Below are positions 10,796 through 21,494 of a stretch of 64,000 nucleotides of DNA, one piece after another. Below the pieces are notes generated by a model. That model did no database searches, was not told where the DNA came from, and saw nothing but the letters and a program-made list of their open reading frames with translations. The position numbers were made by a program, and so were the translations under genes. This stretch comes from Trueperaceae bacterium (lineage in GTDB: Bacteria; Deinococcota; Deinococci; Deinococcales; Trueperaceae), in the NCBI GenBank assembly GCA_034521815.1, contig JAXHLW010000013.1:832001-896000 (forward strand), in the 5' to 3' direction. The first letter of the stretch is position 1, and every line of letters starts with the position of its first letter.

Positions 10796-12112
10796 TCAGC
10801 CTTTCACCCCGCCGGACTGGTACTGGCCGGTGAGCGCCTCCTGGAAGCTGTAGAAGATGGCCAGGATCGGTAGCGATCCCAGCACGGCGCTGGCCGCCAG
10901 CGCGCCCCACTGGGTGTCGAACCGGCCCGTCGTGAAGTTGCGCAGCCCGATGCCGACCGTCCAGTTCTCCTGACCGATCAGCAGCGTGTTCGCGAGGATG
11001 AACTCGCTGTAGGTGTTGATGAACTGCAGCAGGAAGATGAACAGCAGCATCGGCACGCTGATCGGCAGGATGATCCGCATGAACGCCCCCCAGCGGGTCG
11101 CGCCGTCCACGCGGGCGGCCTCCTCGAGCGCGGGACTGATCGACTCGAGGTAGCCCTTGAAGATCCAGGCGCTGAACGCGATCGCGCCCCCCGAGTAGGC
11201 GAGGATCAGCCCGGTGAAGGTGTTGATCAGATCGAGGTAGCTCATCAGGTAGTAGATCGCGACGAGCGCCATGAAGCCGGGGAACATCTGCACGAACACG
11301 AAGGTGAGGAGCGTCTGGTAGCGCCCCTCGAAGCGCATGCGGGCGAAGGCGTACCCCGCCGTGGTGCTGATCGCGACGGCGAACAGGCCCGTCATGCCCG
11401 AGACCAGCAACGTGTTGCGGATGTACAGCACGATCGTACGGTCGCTGGCGGCCGAGACGCGGGTCCCGTCGGCGGCCACGGTGTAGAACTGGCCCGGTCC
11501 GATGCTGACGACCAGCGCGGCCAACGCACCGAACAGCACGAACCCCGCGGTTCGCCGGTAGTCGTCGGCGCGGTGGCCGGGAATCCTCTCCGCCCGGGCG
11601 GCCGCCGCCACCCCGATCAGGGCCAGCAGACCGGCGACGGCGAGCGCGACGAAGATCCACTGGTAGGGGACGACGTGCGTCGCGGAGAGCACCTTGCGGT
11701 ACTGCTCGAGCGAGATCTGCGAGGGATCGGGCAGGATTCCGGCGCGAACCCAGAGGGGTCCCTCGCGGGGTAACGATCCGGCCAGCGTGTCGTTGCGGTT
11801 GAACGACACGGCCAGCAGGTAGATGACGGGATAGAACGTCGTCGCGATGGCGGTCCACAAGAACAGGTGCGTCCCGGCGGTGATCGCGTAGCGGCCGGCA
11901 CGCAGCGGCCGCCGGGAGCGGCCCCACAGCCAGGCGCTGCCCGCCACCCCGCCGATCCCGAGGATCAGGGCGCCCAGAATGCGCGTCCATCCCCACGGAA
12001 CGACCAGGAAACGGTCTCGCACGACGGCGTCCGGCGCCGTCGCGAACAGGGCCCAGATCCCGAAGGCGCAGAGCGCCAGCAGGACCGGAATGGGAAGGTC
12101 GCTGCGCCTCAT
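10796..12112 (-). CDS. malG: Sugar ABC transporter permease, MalG-like
   Basis: GYAFARMRFEGR, QMFPGF, EAA loop LEEAARVDGAT, ILPISVPM. Confidence 0.85.
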   Translation of the reverse strand: MRRSDLPIPVLLALCAFGIWALFATAPDAVVRDRFLVVPWGWTRILGALILGIGGVAGSAWLWGRSRRPLRAGRYAITAGTHLFLWTAIATTFYPVIYLLAVSFNRNDTLAGSLPREGPLWVRAGILPDPSQISLEQYRKVLSATHVVPYQWIFVALAVAGLLALIGVAAAARAERIPGHRADDYRRTAGFVLFGALAALVVSIGPGQFYTVAADGTRVSAASDRTIVLYIRNTLLVSGMTGLFAVAISTTAGYAFARMRFEGRYQTLLTFVFVQMFPGFMALVAIYYLMSYLDLINTFTGLILAYSGGAIAFSAWIFKGYLESISPALEEAARVDGATRWGAFMRIILPISVPMLLFIFLLQFINTYSEFILANTLLIGQENWTVGIGLRNFTTGRFDTQWGALAASAVLGSLPILAIFYSFQEALTGQYQSGGVKG

Positions 12113-13719
12113 GTGTTCGATACCTCCTTCAGCGCGCCGGTGACGCGGAAGTTGACGAGGCTGACGGCCAGCGTGATCGCGAAGATCAGCAGACTGATCG
12201 CCGACCCCAGGCCGTAGGCGTAGCCGCCTTGGCTCCTGAACGCTTCGTTGTACGCCCAGCTGATCAGGATGTCGGTGCCTCGCGCCGTCGCGGTGCCCCA
12301 GTCGACGGCCGGCCCGCCGTCGGTCAGGAGGTAGATGATGTTGAAGTTGTTGAAGTTGAACGCGAAGCCGGTCAGGGTGATCGGCACCAGCGCGGTTCTC
12401 AGGAGCGGAGCGGTCACGTCGGTGAACGAGCGCCAGGCCGAGGCGCCGTCGATGCGGGCCGCCTCGTACAGCTCCCTCGGGATCGCCGAGAGGGCGCCCA
12501 AGACCGCCACCATCATGAACGGGTACCCCAGCCACAAGTTGACCAGCAGGACCGCGCCTCGCGCGGGCCACTCGCTGCCCAGCAGCCAGTTCACCGGCTC
12601 CGGCGTGATGTCGAGAAGCATCAGGAGCCTGTTGATCGCTCCGAAGTTCTGGTTCAGGAACCCGCGCCACACCTGGATCGTGATGATGTTCGGCAGCGCC
12701 CAGGGAATGATCAGCAGGGTGCGGTACAGCCCGCGGAAGCGTAGATCGGGATTGTTGAGGAGAACCGCCAGGAGCGTGCCCACGGCAAGATTCACGATCA
12801 CCGTGATCGTCGCGAACGCCACGTTCCACACGAACACCGGGCCCAGCGCGCGCGACGCCTGCGAGAAGATCGCTCGGAAGTTCCGCAGTCCGATGTAGCC
12901 GAAGTCGTTGTAGCGAGCGATCGAGACGACGTCGAAGCCCTCTGGAAGCGGCTCGGCGAGGCGCACCGTGGTCCCGTCGTCCGAGGCGATGTCGACCTCG
13001 AGCACGGCGCGCTCGAGCCGAAGCACGACGTCGCCGAGATCGGGGGGGAACGGCGGTGCGCGCTCCAGCACCAGCGTGGCGCCCTCGACGCGCGCGACGG
13101 CGCTTTCGAAGGTGAGCCCGACATCGGGCAGGTACAGGTCCACACCCCGAACCGCCCGGCCCTCCGGTGGCGGCGCTGCCAGCTCGAGGCGTGCGCCAAT
13201 GATCGCGATCGCCTCGACGTCTGCGTCACCGGAGCCGTACACGCGGGCGCGAACGCCTGTGCAGCCGGCCCGAAGGTCGACGCAATCGAACACGCGGGCG
13301 TCGGCGATCTGGACCATGGTGCGGTCGGGGCCGACGGCCACGACGTTCGTCTCGCTGGCCACGTTCAGCTGGCCGTTGCGGATGCCTGCGTAGTCGGTGA
13401 AGGCGAGGATGACGGTCAGGACGACGGGGAAGAGGGTGAAGGTGAGCAGGAACACGAGCGCCGGCAGCAGGTAGTACCAGGGCAGGATCCAGTCGTAGCG
13501 GCGTGCGATCGCCCGCAGGGTCGGGATCAGCGTGGCGATGCCGCCGAGGATGCCCAGCCAGACCGGCGCGTCCGGAACGAACCAGCGTGCGATCACGACG
13601 GTGAGGAGTCCTCCCGCCGCAGCGATCAGCAGCGCCAGCGAAAGCAGGGCGAGCGACAGCAGCAGGCCGCCTCGGCCGCGGCGCGGCAGGAAGTCGGCCA
13701 GAGGTCGGGAGATGTCCAC
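12109..13719 (-). CDS. malF: Sugar ABC transporter permease, MalF-like, with large periplasmic loop
   Basis: YRTLLIIPWALP, NLWLGYPFM, ELYEAARIDGAS, FNFNNFNIIYLLT, GTDILISW. Confidence 0.85.
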   Translation of the reverse strand: MDISRPLADFLPRRGRGGLLLSLALLSLALLIAAAGGLLTVVIARWFVPDAPVWLGILGGIATLIPTLRAIARRYDWILPWYYLLPALVFLLTFTLFPVVLTVILAFTDYAGIRNGQLNVASETNVVAVGPDRTMVQIADARVFDCVDLRAGCTGVRARVYGSGDADVEAIAIIGARLELAAPPPEGRAVRGVDLYLPDVGLTFESAVARVEGATLVLERAPPFPPDLGDVVLRLERAVLEVDIASDDGTTVRLAEPLPEGFDVVSIARYNDFGYIGLRNFRAIFSQASRALGPVFVWNVAFATITVIVNLAVGTLLAVLLNNPDLRFRGLYRTLLIIPWALPNIITIQVWRGFLNQNFGAINRLLMLLDITPEPVNWLLGSEWPARGAVLLVNLWLGYPFMMVAVLGALSAIPRELYEAARIDGASAWRSFTDVTAPLLRTALVPITLTGFAFNFNNFNIIYLLTDGGPAVDWGTATARGTDILISWAYNEAFRSQGGYAYGLGSAISLLIFAITLAVSLVNFRVTGALKEVSNT

Positions 13720-13744
13720 GAGCGTCCCCTTCGCAGCGCGACCT

Positions 13745-13791
13745 GGAACGACGACGGTGACCAGAGCGCACCCTGGTCACCGTCCGGTTCC
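13745..13791 (-). other. Intercistronic stem-loop between malE and malF
   Basis: Perfect 12-bp inverted repeat GACGGTGACCAG (13753-64) / CTGGTCACCGTC (13773-84), flanked by GGAAC/GTTCC. Confidence 0.6.
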
Positions 13792-13809
13792 TTGCGCGTC
13801 CTCCCTAGC

Positions 13810-14995
13810 TCACTCGCCCGTGATCTCGCGGACGGCCTGTTCGAGAGCGGACGCGACGTCGGCGTCGGCACTTTCGGTGATGACGGCCAGCGCGTTCGCC
13901 ATCGGGCCCCACACCTGGCCCATCTCGGGGATGTTCGGCATCGGCTCGGAGGTCAGCAGCGCCTCGCCGAAGCCGGCGACGATCGGGTCCTCGGCCACCT
14001 GCGCGAGAGCCTTCTGCGAGGCGGGCACGCGTCCCTCGAGCTGCGCGTAGCCCAGCTGCGAGTCGGAACGCGTCAGCCACTTCGCCGAGGTTGACCGCGT
14101 CCGTCCCGCGCTCGCTGAACTCGTTCACGAGAACGCCCTGGACGCCCATGAACCCCGACCACGGCGTGCCGTCGGCCAGGGGCGGCATCGGCGCGACGCC
14201 TACGTCGATGCCGGCCTCGCGCGCCTGTCCGACCGCCCACGGGCCGGTGTAGAACATCGCCAGCGCGCCGTCGATGAACAGCCCGTTCGCGACGTCGTAG
14301 TTCGTTCCGGCCGGAACGATGCCGTGCTCGAAGCGGAGCGCCTGGAGCTCCTGGCCGCCACGAACGGCGCCCTCGTTGGCGAGTCCGACGTCGGTGGCAT
14401 CGAGCGTGCCATCGGTCCGACCGAACACGTAGCCGCCGAAGGTGTGAAGCCAGCCGTAGCTGAAGTAGAAGTTGTTGATGTCGTACAGGAAGCCGAAGGT
14501 GTCGCTGGTGGTGAGCTCCTGCGACAGCTCGATGAACCGCTCGTATGTGGCCGGAATCTCCGTCACGAGATCGCGGTTGTACAGGAGCGCCGGACCTTCG
14601 ACGAAGAGCGGCAGACCGAACAGGCGACCGTTGTAGGTGAACGCGAGCCGGGACTGTTCGCCGAGGTCGGAGAGGTAGCCCTCCGTAGCGGCGTTGCTGA
14701 GATCGGCGAGCACCCCGCCGACCGCCATCTCGGCCATCTGATCGTGCGGAATGCCGACGATCACGTCGCCCGCCTGCCCTTGCGGGGCGGAGAGGAGCAT
14801 CTGCTGCTTGAGCTCGTTGATGTCGAGCTTCACGACCTCCACCTCGACGCCGAACGCGGCCGCGAAGTCGGCGACGTCCTGCTGCAGGTAGTCCAGCGTG
14901 GGGTTGTTGAACGTCGTCCAGACGGTGAGCCCCTGAGCGAAGGCCGCTCCCGTCACCATCCCGAGAGCCAGGAGGCTTGCGATGACTCGCTTCAT
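13810..14995 (-). CDS. malE: Maltose/maltodextrin-type ABC substrate-binding protein, frameshift near 14087
   Basis: Signal peptide MKRVIASLLALG...AFA, PHDQM, LLYNRDLV, GPWA, FMGVQG; C-terminal PMPNIPEMGQVW in a shifted frame. Confidence 0.82.
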
Positions 14996-15198
14996 GTCCA
15001 TCCCCTTTCGTTCCTGTGACACCGAAGCCGACCGCGAAGCGGACTCGAGGTCGCCCTCGTCGCCGCTCTCGGGCCGGTTCGCCGGTCGTCGGTCACGCAT
15101 CGAGTGTACCTCCGGAATGCCCGCTGCGGTAGGTCGTGTGCGGAGGCACGCCGCGACGCCGACCGACGGATCGTGCGCCGACAGACGCCGTCGGAGAC

Positions 15199-15237
15199 GC
15201 GTTCGTCGCACCGCGTTCGTCGCACCGGTCGTCGCAC
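15199..15237. repeat. 14-bp tandem repeat (GCGTTCGTCGCACC x2 plus partial)
   Basis: Read directly; just downstream of the dprA stop. Confidence 0.7.
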
Positions 15238-15258
15238 GCGCGAGCGCACCGCCGCGAA

Positions 15259-16395
15259 TCACACCGCGCGCCAGCCGCCGTTGCCGTCGGGACGCACCGA
15301 TCCCGCCAGCTCCAGTTCGGTCAACGCCGCGAGCGTGACCGACGCCGAGGCCGGCGGCACGATCAGGCGATCCAGCGAGGCGCCGTCGACCTCCTGCAGC
15401 AAGGAGAGGATCCGACGGGCCAGGTCCGACGACGCCGCGTCGCTCGCAGCCGTCGCCGGTCCAGCGCCGGCGCGACGGGAGCCCGGCTCCGAGCTCGGCG
15501 CCAGTCGGTAGTCGCTCAGCAGGTCGGTCGCGCCCCCGAGCGGCGTCGCGCCCTCGCGCAACAGCGACGTCGCCGCACGGCCGACCTCGCTGTCGGGGCG
15601 TTGCGGCACGGCGTAGACGTCGCGGCCCTGCTCGAGCGCGAACTCGATCGTGTGACGGACGCCGGACGCCGCCGGGGCCTCCACGACGACCAAGGCGCGC
15701 GCCAGGCCCGAGATCACCCGGTTGCGGCGCGGGAACGATCCCGGCCGGGCACGCACGTCGGGCGGGTGCTCGCTCACGAGCGCACCGCCGGCCGCGATGC
15801 GGTGCGCCAGCGCGCGGTGGGCGGGTGGGTGGAGGTGGTCGAAGCCCGCGCCGAGCACGGCGACGGTCCCCGCCGGATCGCCGTCCAACGCCCCTCGGTG
15901 GGCAGCCCCGTCCACGCCGAGCGCGAGCCCGGACACGACGGTGACCCCCGCGGACGCGAGGTCTCGGCCGAGCCGCTCGGCGAAGGACAGTGCCCACGGG
16001 GTGGCGCGACGCGTCCCGACGACGGCCACGGCGGGACGATCCGACGCCGGTCCGAAGGTGGCGGGAAGGCGGCCACGGACGAACAGGAGGGGCGGGGGGT
16101 CGTGCGTGGCGGCCAGCAGGCCTGGGTAGTCCGGGTGCTCGGGGTGGAGCAGCGCGTCGCACTCGGCGCGCCAGCGGCGAACGGTCGCGGCGGCCGATCG
16201 CAACGACGCAGGGGCGAACGCGGCCCGCAGCGCCGCGCCGGCGGCACCTCGGGCCGCGTCCTCGCGGCGTCGCACCACCGCCTCGGCGGCGACCCCGATC
16301 GTGCCGTGCTCGCTTCGCAAACGGGCGATCGTGCGCGGTCCGACGCGGTCGGCCGACGCCGCGGCGACGTACAGCACGGCCGGATCGTCGATCAT
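15259..16395 (-). CDS. dprA: DNA processing protein DprA/Smf
   Basis: VAVVGTR, VVSGLALGVDGAAH, FPRRNRVISG, VVEA..SG, C-terminal winged helix. Confidence 0.93.
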   Translation of the reverse strand: MIDDPAVLYVAAASADRVGPRTIARLRSEHGTIGVAAEAVVRRREDAARGAAGAALRAAFAPASLRSAAATVRRWRAECDALLHPEHPDYPGLLAATHDPPPLLFVRGRLPATFGPASDRPAVAVVGTRRATPWALSFAERLGRDLASAGVTVVSGLALGVDGAAHRGALDGDPAGTVAVLGAGFDHLHPPAHRALAHRIAAGGALVSEHPPDVRARPGSFPRRNRVISGLARALVVVEAPAASGVRHTIEFALEQGRDVYAVPQRPDSEVGRAATSLLREGATPLGGATDLLSDYRLAPSSEPGSRRAGAGPATAASDAASSDLARRILSLLQEVDGASLDRLIVPPASASVTLAALTELELAGSVRPDGNGGWRAV

Positions 16396-16510
16396 GCCGA
16401 CAGGCTAGCGACCGACGTGCCTGCCGGCGACGACGTCCGCGACGCGCGCCTATGAACGGTGGTCGGCGACCGGGTCCGCCTACGCGGACGCCGCGGACGA
16501 GGACGCGAGC

Positions 16511-17938
16511 TCAGCGAAGCTTGACGCGCGGCCCCTCGGGCGTGTCCTCGACCTCGATCCCGAGCCGCTGCAGCTGCTCGCGAATCGCGTCCGAGGTGGC
16601 GAAGTCGCGCCGCAAGCGCGCCGCCTCTCGCTGCTCCAGCACCATCTCGACCAAGCCCTCGAGCCGCTCGAGCGCCGCGCCGCCGTTCGACTGCGCGTCG
16701 CCCAGCTCGACGCCGAGCACCCCCTGCAACAACGACTCGAACGCGTCGGCGCCGTCCGCGGCCTCCGCCGGCGTGAGCGTCTCCATGCGCCGATTGGCCT
16801 CGCGCGCCAGCTCGAACAGCGCAGCGATGGCGCGCGGCGTCCCGAGGTCGTCGTCCATCGCCTCGGCGAACGCGCGCCGCGCTTCGCTCGCAAAGCCGTC
16901 CTCGCGCTCCGTATCGCCCGCCCGTGCGCGGAGCGCCCGCCAGGCGTCGCGCAGCCGGCCCAGCGCCTGCCGCGAGGCGACCAGCAGGTCCTCGCTGAAG
17001 TCCGACACGCTCCGGTAGTGGCTCCTGAGCAGATGGAAGCGAACCACCGCCGGCTCGTGACGATCGAACAGCCCCGCGAGCGTCACGAAGTGCCCTTTCG
17101 ACTTCGACATCTTCTCGCCGCCCAGCGTCAGCATGTTCCAGTGGATCCAGGTGCGCGCGAACGGCATGCCGGCACCGCGAGACTGCGCCAGCTCGCACTC
17201 GTGGTGCGGGAAGACGAGGTCCAGGCCGCCCCCGTGCACGTCGAACTCCTCGCCGAGGTACTTCGTGCTCATCACCGAGCACTCCAGATGCCAGCCCGGG
17301 AAGCCCTCGCCCCACGGCGAGTCCCAGCGCATCAGGTGCCCCTCCTCGGCCCGCTTCCACAGCGCGAAGTCGTGGGGATCGTCCTTGTCGCCGCGGACCT
17401 CGACCCGGGTGCCCTCCAGCAGCGCGTCCGGATCGCGGCCGGACAGCTCGCCGTAGTCGTCCCAGGCCGAGACGTCGAAGTAGACGTTGCCGTTCCGCTC
17501 GTAGGCGAGGCCGGCGTCGACCAGCTGCACGACCAGGGCGATCTGCTCGGGAATGTGACCGGTGGCGCGCGGAACCACGCTGGGGCGCCGCACGTTCAGC
17601 TTCGCCATCGCGTCGAAGTACGTCCAGAAGTACTTCTCGGCCACCTCCATCGGCTCGAGTCGCTCCAGCGCCGCCCGCGCCGCGAGCTTGTCCTCGCCCT
17701 CGTCCGCGTCGTCGGTCAGGTGCCCGACGTCGGTCACGTTGCTCACGAGCCGGACCCGGTACCCGCCGTGCTCCAGCCAGTTCCTGAGCACGTCGAACAC
17801 GACCGGCCCGCGCGCGTGCCCGAGGTGCGGCTCGGAGTACACCGTCGGACCGCAGAAGTACAGGCCGGCATGGCCCGGCGTCACCGGATCGAACGGCTTC
17901 GCGCTTCGGGTCTTGGTGTCGTACAGGGTCAAGGCCAC
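16511..17938 (-). CDS. cysS: Cysteine--tRNA ligase
   Basis: [39 protein letters not shown] start 7 nt after TAGCAT. Confidence 0.97.
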   Translation of the reverse strand: MALTLYDTKTRSAKPFDPVTPGHAGLYFCGPTVYSEPHLGHARGPVVFDVLRNWLEHGGYRVRLVSNVTDVGHLTDDADEGEDKLAARAALERLEPMEVAEKYFWTYFDAMAKLNVRRPSVVPRATGHIPEQIALVVQLVDAGLAYERNGNVYFDVSAWDDYGELSGRDPDALLEGTRVEVRGDKDDPHDFALWKRAEEGHLMRWDSPWGEGFPGWHLECSVMSTKYLGEEFDVHGGGLDLVFPHHECELAQSRGAGMPFARTWIHWNMLTLGGEKMSKSKGHFVTLAGLFDRHEPAVVRFHLLRSHYRSVSDFSEDLLVASRQALGRLRDAWRALRARAGDTEREDGFASEARRAFAEAMDDDLGTPRAIAALFELAREANRRMETLTPAEAADGADAFESLLQGVLGVELGDAQSNGGAALERLEGLVEMVLEQREAARLRRDFATSDAIREQLQRLGIEVEDTPEGPRVKLR

Positions 17939-17994
17939 GGCCGGGATGCTAGCACGACGCATCGCCCGCGCCGTCGCCGGTGGTACCGTCCGGC

Positions 17995-18615
17995 GTGCCG
18001 TTCACCACCGTGGCCGACCGTGCGCAGGCCCAGCGAACCATCCGGGGGTCGCGCTTCCTGGCCGTCGTCGCGAGCGTCGCCGACCCGGACGAGGCCCAAC
18101 GCCTGGTCGAGGAGGCGCGCGCCCTCCATCCGGACGCCAGCCATCACTGCAGCGCCTGGCGCGTCGGCGCCCAGATGGCGGCGGACGACGACGGCGAGCC
18201 CGGCGGCACGGCAGGACGACCGATGCTCGAGGTGCTGCTCAAGCGCGACCTCGACCGGGTCGGGGCGGTCTGCGTGCGCTGGTTCGGTGGGACCAAGCTC
18301 GGTGCCGGCGGGCTGGTGCGCGCCTACGGAGGCACCGTGGCCCAGGCGCTGGACCTCGCGGGCGAGGTCATCGTCCACGAGACCGTGACCGCCCGCGTGT
18401 TCGCTCCCTATCCGCGCGTGGACGTGCTGCACCGCCTGCTGGACGGCTGGCCGGAGCTGCGCAAGGGCGAGCCCGTCTACGCTCCGAGCGGCGTCCACAT
18501 CCCGGTGACGCTGCGCGCCGACCGCTCGGGCGAGCTGTCGGAGGCCATCGCGGACGCCACCGCCGGCGACGCCGAGGTGACGCTGGACGAACGGCCGGAG
18601 CGCACCGACTCCTGA
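17995..18615 (+). CDS. yigZ: YigZ/IMPACT family protein
   Basis: IRGSRF, ASHHCSAW, DDGEPGGTAG, RWFGGTKLGAGGLVRAY. Confidence 0.92.
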   Translation: MPFTTVADRAQAQRTIRGSRFLAVVASVADPDEAQRLVEEARALHPDASHHCSAWRVGAQMAADDDGEPGGTAGRPMLEVLLKRDLDRVGAVCVRWFGGTKLGAGGLVRAYGGTVAQALDLAGEVIVHETVTARVFAPYPRVDVLHRLLDGWPELRKGEPVYAPSGVHIPVTLRADRSGELSEAIADATAGDAEVTLDERPERTDS

Positions 18616-18657
18616 AACCGGTGCCTGAAGCCGATGCCTGAAGCCGGTTCCTGAACG
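18611..18657. repeat. 13-bp tandem repeat CCTGAA(A/G)CCG(G/A)T(G/T), about 3.5 copies
   Basis: CCTGAAACCGGTG CCTGAAGCCGATG CCTGAAGCCGGTT CCTGAAC; first unit contains the yigZ stop. Confidence 0.8.
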
Positions 18658-18743
18658 AGCCATGAACAGGCGGTGAACGCCCCGTCCGGCCCGACGGTCG
18701 TCCGCCGACCGTGCGAACGCAGCGCATCTGCCACCATGAGGTC

Positions 18744-19334
18744 ATGACACGGCGCATGCTTCTTCCCCTCGGTCTGCTCGTCGTCCTCGTGGTCGGCTGC
18801 CTGCCCAGCGCGCTCCAGGACGCCACGCCCGACGCGGCCGTCCTGGGCGTTCCCGCAGGCGACCGCGTTCCCGGCGCGGCCGACGGACTGCACGACCGAC
18901 TGGCCGCGGCGGACACCGGGTTCGACTTCGTGCCCGCCTCCACGCTTCGCTTCCTCGAGGTCCGCAGCGGCCTGGTGGGCAGCCGGGTGCGCCCTGGAGC
19001 GGCGCGGATCGCCCGCACCAACGGCGCCGAGCTGGCGATCACCATCGGGCCGGCGACGCTGACCCGCGAGCTCGAGACCGCCGGCCGGCTGCACCGCGAG
19101 CGCGTCGTGATGCGACTCGAGGTGGCGATCGTGCGGTCGTCGGACGCGACCGAGCTGGCCCGGCTGGCAGGTCCGCGCCTGGTCGGCGAGAAGACGATCG
19201 ACGACGAGGCGCTCCCGCCGCTGGACGACGATCCACTGGTCGCGTCGCTACGCGAGGAAAGCCTCGACGCTCTCGCACCCCGCGTGGCTCGCGAGCTGAG
19301 GACCCTCGCGATCAGCGGAAGTAGCGGCGAATGA
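18744..19334 (+). CDS. Hypothetical lipoprotein
   Basis: MTRRMLLPLGLLVVLVVGC lipobox; coding-like composition. Confidence 0.7.
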   Translation: MTRRMLLPLGLLVVLVVGCLPSALQDATPDAAVLGVPAGDRVPGAADGLHDRLAAADTGFDFVPASTLRFLEVRSGLVGSRVRPGAARIARTNGAELAITIGPATLTRELETAGRLHRERVVMRLEVAIVRSSDATELARLAGPRLVGEKTIDDEALPPLDDDPLVASLREESLDALAPRVARELRTLAISGSSGE

Positions 19335-20898
19335 TCTCGCGGTAGACGCCGGGTAGGCCCGCCTCGTCGGCGGCTCGCTCGGCCGCACGACCGTACGACG
19401 GATCGGCGGGCGCTCCCTCGGGTACGGCGGACGGCGCCTGGCCGCCCCCCCGCAAGCTCCCCACGCTCGGCGCGGGCCCTTCGCCCAGCGGACCGCCCAG
19501 ACGCTCGGCGGTGTCGTCGGGTCCGCCGAGAAACGGCTGCGGCTCGCCGTCCACACCGGGCTCGGCGCCACCGGCGTCGCCACCGGCAGCGCCCGCGTCG
19601 TCGCCGTCACGCCTGTCGGCACCCGCGGCGCCGGGGCCACCACCGGCGTCGCCCTCGCCCGACTCGAGGCCGCCGTCGCTCCCTTCGTCCCGACCGTCGC
19701 GCGCCGCGGCCTCGGCTCCGTCGCTGGGCTGGCCCTCGGGAACGCCGGCGCCACCCTCCTCGGGTCGGTCGCCTGCACCCTCGGCACCCGCGTCGCCGGT
19801 CTGCTCGCCCGCGGCCGTTCGCTCGCGCGCATCGCGACCGCCATCGTTCGGTTCGGCGCCGCCGTCCGAGCCCGCCTGGTCGCCCGCCTCGTTCCCGTCG
19901 GTCCGCTCGGACGCGCCGGCGTCCGACGCGGCCCCGGCCCTGTCGGGCGCGGCACCCTCGCTGGAGGAGCCGTCGCGGGGCGCATCCGTGCTGCTTCCGG
20001 GATCGGACGGGGCGCCACCGGTCCGCGGTGGGACGTCCTCGGACGGGGCTCGGCCAGCGTCGCTCGCCTGCGGACGGCCTTCCTCCTCGACGCGTCGCCC
20101 GGCAGGATCGAACGGGTTCGTCGGCTCGTCGGACGCGGGCCCTACGTCCCTCAGGTAGCGGTCGACCGCCGCCCCGCCCGTGGCCGACGCCTCCCCGCCG
20201 CCGTTCGCCGCGTCGCCGCCGGTCTCGTCTTCGTCGCGGGCGGCTGGCGTGTCGCGCGCGTCGGGGGGCGGCGCGGCGCGGTCGGACGAAGCGTCCGGGC
20301 GTTCCGGCGGAGCGACCGCGCCAGCGGCGCCCGACGGATCGGACGCGTCGCCCTCCGCGTTCGGCGCGGAGTCGCCGGGCCGACGCTCCGCTCCACGCGC
20401 GTCGGCCGCGGAGCCTTGGGGACCGGAGACCGACGGTCCGGGAATCGCGGCGAGCCAGGGCGACGCCGTGATCAGCAGCACCGCCGCGATCGCGGGCGGA
20501 AGCCACCAGCGCTGGGCAGCCGGCGGGTGGGCGCCACGCAGCCCCAGACGAGCTCGCTCCCGGCTCGCGGCCCACAGCCCGTGCGGATCCGGCCGCCCAT
20601 CGGCTTCGAGGGCGGTGTCGTACCCCAGACCGTGGCGAGCCCCGATCCAGTGCCGTGCCCAGGTCTCGCTACCTCGAACCGGTACGGCCGCCCCCGCGAC
20701 GGCGCCGACCGCCACCAGCGCCGGCGTGACCCAGGGAGACGCGCCCGCCACCACCCAGATGGCGCCGACCACCGCTCCCGCCAGTCCGGCCCACGCGCCC
20801 CGCTGGGCCCGCCACCGGCGCCGCCGACCGGCCGCGAGCCGAAGGTGCCAGTCCAGCTGGGGCGGGCCGGCCCGACGCCGACGTCCCGGCCGGATCAT
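19312..20898 (-). CDS. Hypothetical membrane protein with long acidic Gly/Ala-rich disordered tail
   Basis: Three hydrophobic segments, about 330 aa low-complexity region, terminal LPGVYREIIRRYFR; ATG overlaps the upstream stop. Confidence 0.7.
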   Translation of the reverse strand: MIRPGRRRRAGPPQLDWHLRLAAGRRRRWRAQRGAWAGLAGAVVGAIWVVAGASPWVTPALVAVGAVAGAAVPVRGSETWARHWIGARHGLGYDTALEADGRPDPHGLWAASRERARLGLRGAHPPAAQRWWLPPAIAAVLLITASPWLAAIPGPSVSGPQGSAADARGAERRPGDSAPNAEGDASDPSGAAGAVAPPERPDASSDRAAPPPDARDTPAARDEDETGGDAANGGGEASATGGAAVDRYLRDVGPASDEPTNPFDPAGRRVEEEGRPQASDAGRAPSEDVPPRTGGAPSDPGSSTDAPRDGSSSEGAAPDRAGAASDAGASERTDGNEAGDQAGSDGGAEPNDGGRDARERTAAGEQTGDAGAEGAGDRPEEGGAGVPEGQPSDGAEAAARDGRDEGSDGGLESGEGDAGGGPGAAGADRRDGDDAGAAGGDAGGAEPGVDGEPQPFLGGPDDTAERLGGPLGEGPAPSVGSLRGGGQAPSAVPEGAPADPSYGRAAERAADEAGLPGVYREIIRRYFR

Positions 20899-21494
20899 GG
20901 CGTCCCCCGTCCCCGCAGCCACGGGCCCGACGCCGCCACGACCGTCACGAGCGCGACCGCCAGGTTCACGGCGGCCGCCGCCGGCGAGGGGGAGGAGGGC
21001 AGCAGCCAGGGCAGCCACAGCGGCGGCCCGACCTGCACGTCGAGCCATGCGAGTCCGGCGACGACGAGCGGCGACGCCAACGGCAACGACCAACCCAGAC
21101 GGACGCGCCTCAAAGCGGCCGACATCGCCCAGGCCCCGCCGTACGCGCCGATGGCGAGCGGAAGCGGGACCAGCAGCGTCCAGACCAGCGAGGCGCTCGG
21201 AGCCGACCCCACGAACGCGAGCGCCTCCAGCGGAGCGGTCGCCACGACCGCCACGCCCAGGCGCGTCAGCGAGGCGCGCCGAGCCGGACGACCGGGCTCC
21301 ATCGCCGTTCCCGCCAGCCACCCCCAGAGCAGCAGGCCGGACGTCCGCACGACGGCGACGGGGTACCACGAGGCGTTCGCGAGGTCGGCCCGCTCGGGCC
21401 AGGCACCGATCAGCACGACCACGATCGCGGCCAGCAGGAGCGCCAGCCCCGCGTCGGCGCGTGGCAGGCGCAGGGTCACGGTCGCCGGCATCAT
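20895..21494 (-). CDS. Hypothetical polytopic membrane protein
   Basis: About 6 hydrophobic segments; ATGA coupling on both sides. Confidence 0.7.
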   Translation of the reverse strand: MMPATVTLRLPRADAGLALLLAAIVVVLIGAWPERADLANASWYPVAVVRTSGLLLWGWLAGTAMEPGRPARRASLTRLGVAVVATAPLEALAFVGSAPSASLVWTLLVPLPLAIGAYGGAWAMSAALRRVRLGWSLPLASPLVVAGLAWLDVQVGPPLWLPWLLPSSPSPAAAAVNLAVALVTVVAASGPWLRGRGTP

